Source of the DNA: Lytechinus pictus
Taxonomy: Eukaryota
Direction: 5' to 3'
Assembly (NCBI RefSeq): GCF_037042905.1
Contig: NC_087247.1
Span: 38,378,001 to 38,442,000, forward strand
DNA length: 64,000 bases
In this document: positions 23,601 through 35,600 of the stretch, in pieces
How the letters are laid out: each line of letters begins with the position of its first letter
How positions within the stretch are numbered: the stretch's first letter is position 1
Program-made: the position numbers and the translations under genes
The notes under the pieces: model-generated
What the model was told of the DNA's origin: nothing
Seen by the model: the letters and a program-made list of their open reading frames with translations, nothing else
Databases searched by the model: none

Positions 23601-26600
23601 CGAATCTTACAGGTGTAGTCAAAGAGATTAAAACAATCACCATAGTCCCATTGCCCAACTGAAGAACCTGTGGAGAAAAATAATCATATTCGCATTTTAA
23701 AAATAAAGTACACGTATTACAGAGACATAATCCGCCATCTTGCAAGCTCAATATGAACCGTATACGTACTCCGTAAATCAATTATTATGTTGATACCTCT
23801 GGGGTGGTATTCTGAGGTCATTTTATCTTTAAAATATCTTATTTTATCTCTTAATATGAAATTGGATATTGCTTCAAAAATAGGTGTTCTTATAATAATA
23901 ATAATAATAATAAACAGTTCTTGTATAGCGCATATCACGATTATGAATAATGTCTCTATGCGCTTCCAAAGGACTTGGATATTATTACCCCAGCTGTAGC
24001 TTGGCAGCCGTAATTACTAAGATTACAGCGCACACGCATTTCAAGGAATAAATTCCTGCCAGGTACCCATTCACCTCACCTGGGTTGAGTGCAGCACAAT
24101 GTGGATAAATTTCTTGCCGAAGGAAATTACGCCATGGCTGGGATTCGAACCCACAACCCTCTGTTTAAAAGTCCGGAGACTAATCCACTGGGCCACAACG
24201 CTCCACATAGAGATAAAATGAAGATGAAATGGTTCTCAGACCAATTCGAAGAGATTTAAAGGTATTTTATCTCACTGATTTTAACGGAGATAAAATAGTT
24301 TATCTTATCTGCATAAAATGGATCTCAGAATACAGACCATTATTACATTGGTTCGTATACGGGTATATGTTTCACATGTATTTGGAGAGTATGTCTAATA
24401 GTCAAATTTTTATACATGATTTTGCTGTCTTGGCTTTCTTTAGGTGAGACTGCATTAGATCAATCGCAAGGCACGCATTGGAATTTGTGAACAATTTTAC
24501 GGGTTTTTTTTTTTCAATTGAAGTAGCCCTAAAAACGGTATCAAAATCATTGAATAATTGTATTGTAAAATATAAAATGATTAAATATAATAAACTGTCA
24601 CAGTGTATGTGCTTTACAATCGAAAGGAAATGAAAATCGTAAAAAGGGCCAAGGTAAAAAAAATCCTACCTGAGACAAAACATTACAAAGGTAAAACCAT
24701 TTTTTTTTTACATGGTGATATCATTTTAAAAGATTTATACGTTTACAGTCCCTGCATGCTGTCATTATCTTCGTTAAATAAGTTTATTAGTGGCTATCTA
24801 TAATTTCAGTCAGATATGGAGAAACAAGCTTTGGTACCGGTATAAATAGATCCACATTGTTGTTCGCCTTCTCTGTTAGCTGGTTTGTTACCAGCAGGCC
24901 AGTTCTGGTATGCTGAATCGTCGTAAGCTGTACCGTCGGTCCATTTCATTTCTCCGTCTTTCAACGTATCTAAAACAAAACGCAACTAGAATTTTAGTTT
25001 AGACGATATCATACAGAAAGCATTCTTGAAGGAGAGCATTGGAATTCATTTAGTTAAAATAAGATGGTGTTGTGTGATTCGTTTAAAAAAGATTGACAAT
25101 GAAGGTATCGAATAATTTGCTAACATAAAAATTGTTTTCAAACTAAAAAAAATAATAATAATGGGCGCTGTTTTGCTTTGTTCAGTTTTGTTCTTCTGTT
25201 CATTTTGAAGTTTGCTCTTAATACAAGTGGGAAAATTTCAAAAATACTGCATGAAAAGAAAAACGATTTATATCAGATAAGAGATATAAAACTTCTGATA
25301 AAAAATGTGATAGTTTTGGAGTTCATAGGGAGAGAGAGAACAACTAACTTCCAAGTATTTGCAAGTGATTTTTTTATACAACGAGCCACCCTCCCAAGTA
25401 TACCTATATTATAGCTGACGATGTTTGATGTTGCTAGATAAATCTTACTCACCAGAGATGCCAAGCCAGATACTCGGGATTCCATTTTGCCACAGGACAG
25501 GAAGCTGTTCATTGATGAATTCTTGCTCTTTTTCACTGTACAAATTGATGCAATAATGGGTAAATATCAGGGATGTTTCCGTTTTATCCTGTGGCAATTT
25601 ATTCATTTGTTTGATATCTATTTATGTTTTGATTTATTCATTCATAATTCAAACATTTACTAAATTATTTATTCATTTCTTTGTTTATTCATTTATTCAC
25701 TCATTCATTTATTTATTTACTTTTTTTTCTTTCTATATCACGAATTATTCATATGTATATTTATTATTCTTTCGACCATATTTGCCCCTTCCATAGTTTA
25801 TTTCACGATTGTGATGTACTTTGAGGATGGGATAATAGTTACGTTTTAGATTGCATGGAGTGTATGTTTATTGTAGATTTTGCAAATTAAGGAGCAATTG
25901 TCGCAAAATCAATTGTGTCAAAATATCCCGGTGTCTTTTCAGTCATCGTAAAATGTATGGGGAAAAAAGAAGATTTGTTTGAAAGTGCAATACATGTCGT
26001 TAAGGGCTTACTTTTTGATAGTGAGCAATGTGCTTCCCTGCGCTTCACACTTATCTTTAGCATCATCCCACGTGGTAGGTGAGGAGGATACCAGTTGATA
26101 GCAGTAACCATCATGTATCCTCCAACCTGGATAACACATACCTGGTAGCATGCAAAATACATAAATAAATAAGGCTTTGGTTCATCAAGGCAAATATTTG
26201 AAAAGAACTTAGGCCTATTCTATTGTCGAGATGGACATGAAAATTTAGACGATGGACAGTTTCACATCTGACATGTCCGACGCCTTTTTACCTGCTCTTG
26301 GTAGCGAGATCAGATCTTACTAAAAAAATTGTCCACCGTAGCAGCCGTCGAGTTTCAATGCTTAGATATTATTTAGATAGCCAGAAAACTATGTGAAAAC
26401 AATATGGATAAATGGGTCAACAATAAAAATGGAGGTGATAGAGAAGGAGAACGAGGAGCAAACTGTGGCAATGGATGGTTATAACCACACAAAGCTTATG
26501 AGGGGCCAGGCCATCTATTATATCAGTGTATAGTGTGTTAACATTGGTTCAACCTTCTAAGCTTCACACACAATGACAACGTTCCGTCGCCAGTAAGATC

Positions 26601-29600
26601 AGACGAATCAGGCATAGAGATGTCGGAAGAGGCTGTATATGAATGCAAACCTTTTTTTTAGTAATACAAATCAGAATGTTTCATAATAAAAATATGACTT
26701 TAGATATCTTCTGAATAATTGCAAAAAGAACTTTTCGACTATATACTGCATCCTATGTTACCAATGAATGACAAAGGCAATAACAGTTTGCACAGTTTCA
26801 CCAATTCTTTTTATCCCCGAGACATGATAATTAGTATTTGTTTTATACAATATGTAGCTGGATTACCATTGCTTAGTTTGGACATGGAGGGTCCATAGTT
26901 TGAAGCATGGCTTGACCGCGTCTGACGGTGGAATCACGCAACCCAAACTTTTGTGACAACATGCCACTTTATTTGAGAAGGACCGTGTCCACCATTTGGG
27001 GAAAACATACCCCATGAACAGACTAAAGGTCGAGACTATTACCCGAACATCTTGAAAAAAAAAAAGAACTGGAAAACAGTATATTAAATATAAATAATGT
27101 TACGCAATTGCCGTTTTACCAGTTGGTTTCTCGCAAATGAATTTCCTTCCCCAAAAACAGTCTGCTGTCGACCAGTTACCAGTTGACGTGCTCTGATAGA
27201 TCACCTGAGTGCATTCCTCATCTGAGCTAGACAGCCGGTGAATATAGGAAATTCGGCAGAAAAGGGAGAATGAGAAATGGAAAGAGAGAAGGGTAAGAAA
27301 GGAGGGGGTGAGGGTGGCCAGGAAGGGATATAGGTGGATAGATAGATGAATAGATAGATAGATAGATGAGAGGGAGTAAGGGATATAGGTGGATAGATAG
27401 ATGAATAGATAGATAGATGAGAGGGAGTAAGGGACATAGTAGTAAGAGCAGGGAGAGTATAAGAAATAAGATGTTATAAAAAGAGCGATAAAGATAAATG
27501 TAAGAATGGTGAATAATGAAGTGGAAATAACAATAATAACAATGGCGTTATTTGTTAATACACACCCCTATGTTAAATGTACATCGTTTCTAATTTGGTA
27601 ATACTAAAGGTGGGGCCTAACCCCCCCCCCCAAAAAAAAAAAAAAATAATAATGATACTCATATTGATAAGATTAACTACAAAATAATATGGAAGAATAA
27701 AACAATGCTGTCCAACCTCTAGAAGGCAATATCAGTATATAATATCATCAATAATTATTACTTATGAACTAAGAACACAATGTTTTTTTATAAAGATCAA
27801 AGAAAAATGAACTTCTATTAGTTCTTCGTGAATTTCAAATTTCGAATTAATATTCTTTGGGTTTTTTTCCTTTTCTCTTCTCTTTTTTTTCAGATAGAAG
27901 TTACATCTAGGTCACTTACTCCATGCTTGGTTCATTAGTTCCCCAGTGTTCATAACCCGTTCCATGTCCAGATGTCCACCTGAAATCATCCAGTCCACCC
28001 TTTCAGAAAGAACAAATAGTCAAAACAATGTGTTAAAATAGTCAAAATAACTAACTATTTTAATACAACGTGACCACAATGTAGACACTGCGTGCGTGAT
28101 GCGTATACCACTCAATAATGACCAAGCCCCCCCCCCCTTCCTCTATCTTTACGCCAGTGATACCTACCACACTTTTGTATCCAATCCAAAAGGAACCCCT
28201 TGCTTCCTGTACCAACTCTGATAGAAACATCTGTTCTTCTTCATCGACTACATCCATGAGGTTACCATCATAACGTGTACAGTATTCCTGGGTAAGGAGC
28301 AATGAGAAGCAAGCGAGGTATTATTAACTTTATAACAATTATTAGGGTATATTGTATGTCGGACATGTACATACTACAAATAAGCTATTATTTGAGAAAT
28401 TTCGATGCAAATTACAATGTTGAAGAAACCATAGTAATTATAAGCAAAAATTACAATACCAGTTAAAGGACATATTTAATGGGGCTCTGGAAGTCTCCAA
28501 AATTACTCGACACAAAAAACTCAATGGACAAGGTACCGCGCAACATAACGATGACATACGAGGACAATATATCTTTTGTCTTTCCATACACCATTTAGGT
28601 TGTGCTTCTTTGTATCCTCATGTGTCTCTTGTTTTGTCTCAAAAAGTAATTAGATAAAAATGCAGCAAATATGTCTCACTTTGTCAAAGACGGTCTTCCA
28701 TGGGGACAATAAGATACATTTATACACCAATGGACAAAACAAGGGTGGGCAAAGTCCATTGAAGTCATCCATCTTTTTCACGTCGAAAAAAAAATATTCC
28801 AATTGTTCCATTTGAAGTATCCCTGTAACTCTAACTAGCTTAGCCGGAGTATAGTACGTGCGCTATATAAATCGTATATTATTCACATTTATTAATATTT
28901 TCTTAATTGCGTTATTGAGCTTCAAACTCGTGGTTTATCAAATCAGGGAACAACCAATCGTCTTCGCTAACCAGTAAAATTAGCACACTTGTACCAATGA
29001 TACAAATCAGCATGAACATACACAAGATCAACACCAAAGATAAAATGACTTAAGAAAATATTGAGACGGTGTAACGATTGCGTTTAATTTTTGAAGAAAA
29101 AAGAAGGTTTGAGAACTACTCAGATTTCACAGTGTAAAATGAATCGTAATACTACATGTTTGCTGACCTGAGCGTCGTCAAAAGTCATCCAGTTTGTTGA
29201 AGTATAATAACAATTCTGGAATTGCTCTGTCCATCCATTTGACTCGTCACAGCGAACTGGTTGAGCTGTACTCAAAAAGAAGGGCATTTATTCTGGATTT
29301 TGGTTAACATTTTGTTATATTTCAGAACAGCACTGACTAATATAAGTAAGAATATTTATTGATTATTATTTTAATTTTGGCAGTATATATACATTATATC
29401 AAACTATTATAATAGCTAAACAAAGGATTCTGGCTATACTTTGAAAGAAGAATGACATTGTGCCCGGAAACATTACTCGAGAGTGTTAGTAAGAAGGAAC
29501 TTATGGAACTTATACTAGATTGACATTTTGAGAGAAATCATGGTGTTTTTTATTTGGTTTAAACCTCTATCCTGTCGAATTTATAAAAAAAAATCAACGT

Positions 29601-32600
29601 ATTTCGGATTAATACAGGCATACATATTCTGATATTTGTCAGGAAGAATAATTATGAAAATCCATTATCCTAAACAAAGGATTCTGGCTATACTTTGAAA
29701 GAAGAATGACATTGTGCCCGGAAACATTACTCGAGAGTGTTAGTAAGAAGGAACTTATAGAACTTATACTATGATTGACATTTTGAGAGAAATCATGGTG
29801 TTTTTTATTTGGTTTAAACCTCTATCCTGTCGTATTTCCGATTAATACAGGCATGCATATTCTGATATTTGTCAAGAAGAATGATTATGAAAATCCATTA
29901 TCCTGTGAGTATGGCAAACTAACGTGACTAAAACCAATTTAAAAATCATTTGAAATTATCCTGCTTTTGTTAAAACAAATATTGTGTTTATGGTAGGATA
30001 GATGACGGTGTATAACCAGAGTATGTAGTTGTGGTTCGGGAGAGTGTGTTTGTGTGTGAACGCGTGCGTTGTGTGTGTGTTTGTGTGTAGATGAGAGAGA
30101 TATATACACTGTTAAAAACCCGTGATTTTATAGAAAAAACAGATTTTACAGAAAGCAATTACAGAATCATTCTGTAAATTCATAAAACAGGAATTTTTCT
30201 GCAATTTAACAGAACAATTCTATTTAAAAAGGGGAAAAGGGTGTTTTATTTCAAGGACAAGTCCACCTCAACCAAAAATGTATTTGAATAAAAAGAGAAA
30301 AATCCAACAAGCATAACACTGAAAATTTCATCAAAATGGTTGTAAAATAAGAAAGTTATGACATTTTAAAGTTTCGCTTAATTTCACAAAACAGATATAT
30401 GCACATCCTGGTCGGTATGCAAATGAGGAGACTGATGATGTCATCCACTCACTATTTCTTTTGTATTTTATTATGTGAAATATGAAATATTAAAATTTTC
30501 TCCTCATTGCCAATATTAAGTGAAACAACGATTAATTCCTCCCTGAACGCGTGGAATTAGCATTGTTTAATATTATATGGTTCAGTCAAGTTCGTCCGTA
30601 TTGTCGAATTTGTAAGAAATGAAATAGTGTATAATTCAAACAATAAAAAACAAAAGAAATAGTGAGTGATGGACATCATCGACTGACTCATTTGCATGTC
30701 ACTAAGTTGTGCATACTACTCTTTTGTGAAAAATAAGCGAAACTTTAAAATGCCATAACTTTCTTATTTTACATCCGATTTTGATGAAATTGTAAGCGTT
30801 ATGCTAGTTTGATTTTTCTCTATTTATTCAAATCAACATTTTCTGGGGTGGACTTGACCTTTAAGGAAATTTGTAAGCTTCCATACACCAAATACCAATT
30901 TCCTGTAATTTTACATGATAAAATGTAAGATTACGCAATCTGGTAAGATTACAGGTGTTCTCGAGACTCTGCTGCAGGAACTTCTTTTATTTTAAGGATA
31001 AATTTTCTAACAGTGTATACAGAGAGACAGAGACAGGTAGAGAAAGAGAGCACGAGAGAGGGCAAGGGAGGGAATGAGAGGGAGAGGGAGGGGGAGAGAG
31101 AGACGGATGAAGCGAGAAATTTAATGTTACGTTAAATAGTTTTTAAAAAAGATGATATAAATATGAAAATAAAACCTGGGTTAGTATCTAAAACACTTAC
31201 TGAGAGTTCTGTGGCATACATATCCTTTCCTAGAACCACAATCCTCATCGATCCAGTACCAGTTCTGATTATAGCCCATTGCTACACAAGCCTTAGTACC
31301 CTTACTGTGACTAGGACGATTACTAGCCCAGTTCCTGTAAAAAAAACAGGGCATTTTATTAGCAAAGACAAAAATGTGCCTACCTTTAATTTCTTAACTC
31401 GCCCAAGAGCAGCCCAACATTTGCTGTGAAGCTGTTTTGAAGTTGATTAGAGGCCTTTACAAACATATAACTTATCTGTTACCATAATTATTCATACCAG
31501 GTGCTTTGAAAATAAATTATAAGATGAGGTAATTAAAAGCAGATGCTGTGATTGTTTCTCAAACTTTCCATATCTAAACGTCAAGTGGGACGCCTCTGGC
31601 AGTCTCGCCTGTATTATGCAATTCGATATAGCAGCAGTGCTGCCTTTGACAAAAGCTAATGAATAATTATTCACAGAAGAAAATACTATGTCCATTGACC
31701 CAAAATGATATTTGACCATGATCATGTGACCTAAGACATGTGCAAAACAATCATTCATACTTGATTACCCTTATGTCGACAATGATCGATGTTTCATGAG
31801 CTACATCCATAAACTGTTTAAGTTATGAATCCAATCCAAAACATACTCCCAACACAGCCAGAGTTCATTGACCTTTAAATGACCTTTGATCTTGACCATG
31901 TTCCTGAAACACGCACAGGGTATTCAGGGATACATTACTGCTCTTATGTCCTAGTTTCATGAACTAGATCCATAAACTATCAAAGTTATGATGACATTTT
32001 CTCAAATACCCCCATCATGGCCAAAGTTCGTTGACTCTAAGTGACCTTTGACCTTCTTCATGTGACCTGAAACTCAAGTAGGATCTTTAATGATACACCA
32101 TTACCCTTATGCCTAAGTTTTATGAACTAGGTCCACATAATTTCCAAGTTATGACAACATTTCATAAACTTAACCTTGGTTAAGATTTTGATATTCATTC
32201 CCCTAACATGGGCTAAGTTCATTGACCCTAAATGACCTTTTGACCTTGGCCCTGTGATCTGAAACTCAAGCAGGATATTCAGTAATACTTGATTACCCTT
32301 ATGTTCAAGTTTTATGAACTAGGTATATATACTTTTCAAGCTATGATGACATTTCAAAAACTTAACGTTGGTTAAGATTTCAATGTTGACGACACCGCCG
32401 CCGCCTCCGTCGGAAAAGCGGCGCCTATAGTCTCGCTCTGCTATGCAGGCGAGACATAAAGTAAGTAGGGAAATTACATACGGGATGAAAATCATATACA
32501 TGCGTGGACTCTATATAATAACCACATTTCTAATGGGCGCTTCCACCCCAAGGATTGCCCAAGGCGCCTATACCAATTTATTGAGACATTAATGATGCAA

Positions 32601-35600
32601 ATTAAGACTTTCTCAGTTAACAATATGATCCATGCTTCGTGGATGATGTGAGCTGCACTTTTGAAACTCAAAATCAAAATGAATATACAAGTTGTAGCCA
32701 ATTTGGTTTGTAGGAAGCGATAGAAAAATAATTTACACTTGGAATTAGATTAAAATTTTCTTGATCTGTTTAACATACTTACGATAAATTTGGATCATAT
32801 ATTGATCCATCACTCCATACATAAGCCAGGTTACCATTGGGATCACTTAATCCAATCCAGAAATCCTCACTAAACCCACCGAGCTGAGCTTTCAGCCATT
32901 CCTGACAAAATGACAAAGGGATAGAGAGGAAGGTTGAAGTGAGAGAGATGGGGAAATATAAGAAGGAGGGGTGGATGGGAGTGAAGGAAGGGGAATTGGA
33001 TAGGAAGGGGAGGGGTGGGGCAAGGGGATGAGAGGGATGTGGAAGGGTGGGCAGGGAAGTAGAGGAAGGTTTGAGATAGAGAGGTGTGATCATTGAACAT
33101 AATTACAGATATTACAAAAATGACAAATTCAACAAGATAAATCAAGACAGACATTTTCAATCAAATGAGAAGAAAATCCTAAGCATTATAATTATCAGTA
33201 TCATCATTATTGTCATTATTATTTTTATTTGATTTGATTTATTTATTATCATCAATATTCACATGTTTACAGGTGATGAAACAAATTACATAACAGTTAC
33301 ACATGTATAAAAATACTATGGTAAATGAGACCAGAAAATAGCAAAAGTGCTAATCGAGCCTGGCCCCACAAATATTACAAAATGCACATTTAAGAATTAA
33401 AAAAAAAATTAAATTGCAATATGATGGTGTGAATTTATGGAAACAAATAACTTTAGAGAATTCCTAAAACTTTTTCTTGATTTTTTTCAATTTGATTTCA
33501 ACTGGTACTTTATTCCAGAGCTTGCTACCTAGAAAAGAAAGTGAAAATTGGCCTTGAGTTGTTTTTAGTCTTAGAAGGTTTACTTGTTGGTCTTTCTTCT
33601 GTCTAGTAGACAGCAATAATCTGCTAAGGAGTGAGGTAGGTTATTATTACGCAGATCATATCATTATCATCACAATGTCTGATCATTATTATCGAACACT
33701 AAAGTTTGTTAATGATATTAGGTAGATGATTACATTTTCTCCAGCTTTGTCTAGTGAGGTAAGATCTCCTTCTATGGCGTGGCAGTTAGCCCTTGCCTGA
33801 TCCCATGTTGTGAGGTCTGATTTGATCTGGTAACAGTCGTACGTCCCCTGTCGCTGCATCCAACCATTCGGACACGATAGGCAGCAACCTGACTCAGATT
33901 TAAAAAAAAAATCGAGTAGACCAGATATGTTTTAGTTAGAGATTCGACGAGATATAATCAATTCAAAATTGATTAGATATCATTATGTAAAATCAAATCG
34001 AATGAATTAGAATAGATTAACTTTGATCAAAATAAACTCTTTTATTATATTTTATTAAACTAAGGTGATATGAAACAAAATAAGGAAGATTACATTCTTA
34101 GAACAGTGCGACGCCATGCCATTTGTTTGGGGGTAAAATTACCACAAGATGTTTTGATTTGTAATTTGAATTTAGAAAGGACTATTGTATGGCTGAATGA
34201 CCAACCCAAAATTCACAAATCAATATGAGAATACCCCGGTCATGTGGATCATAATTTTTCTGCATGTACTCTTAAAATAGTTGGGCAAAAATGCCCAACT
34301 TTTAACCAACCCTGGGCAACATACTGTCCACACAATTATTGGTTAAAATTTGTCCAAATTGGGTAATAAAAACTAATAATTGGGAGATAAATTTGTTCAA
34401 TTGGGAAATAATTGACAAGAATATGTATATTCTTTTACCAACATACATTACCCAACACAGTGGACAATATGTTGCCCAGCATTTCAATTGTATGTGATAA
34501 TGAAACTTGATTAATAACTATGTAACATTCTTCACTTTCCTGAAAACAGATGCCCTTACAAAAAAAAACCTACGTATTTCTAGGGAGATTTCTGTGAGAT
34601 TCCGTTCAAACATTTGAGGTTAATTATTGACTTTAAAAAATATAAGTTTTCGATCATTTCGTTCGAGTTGGTACCTACATTTTTCAGATATAACATATTT
34701 CAATAGTGTGATGAAAAATGAACCCTTTTTCCTTTCTGCTCAATTGCTTCAATAAAGAATATTTATGAGATAAATTGAGACATAATATATTATTCAAATA
34801 GCTGCGATAGAAAAGACCTGTAACCTTTGGTTTTATCCTTGACTGATTTGTGTCTTAGTAAACAGAGCATTATCACGAGGATCTATAAAACATTTCTATT
34901 TAATCTTTGTGAACGTGTTTACCATGTATATCATCGAGTATAAAAAATATAACTAAATAGTTCAATTATGGCTTTAGTACCACCGTGCTACTGGTTAATA
35001 AAAGGTTTTATTGCCAAGCAAGTACTGTAAATCTCGGCAATGCAGTATTGGAAATGGTTCGAAATTTTACAGGTATCATTTTGTTTTAAGCACTAGCTTC
35101 ATTTATTCATAAAGATGATATCAAAATGTATAGAAATAGCATTTTGCTTAACGTCATTATTGTGCCTTGGCGTTAACATATAACTCCAGTAAATCTATTT
35201 CAGCACTGATTTGAGAGCGTTGAAGTGTTTGTTTCTTCTGCTAATATCCTGATATACAACCCCTAAATTTATTTATTATTGATACGACTGAATTGTCATT
35301 TGCTCGGGCAATCACCCTCTCCCCGTCCAATTCCTTCTCCAACTCGAACAACGCTTGAGATTCTAAAATTATACACTCTTAAAAATGTTGGGCAACATAC
35401 GGTCCACACAACAATTGGTTAAAACTTTATCCAATTCTGGGTAGTTTTACACCAATAATGTGTGCTTTGGGTGAAAACTACACAGTATTGGTGTAAAACT
35501 ACCCAGAATTGGATAAAGTTTTAACCAATTGTTGTGTGGACCGTATGTTGCCCAACATTTTTAAGAGTGTAAACTGGGGATATATTCAAACGGTAACCCA

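Noticed and set aside
24130-24205. tRNA gene
   Set aside because: The A and B boxes are followed by SINE core and tail rather than a complete cloverleaf and terminator.
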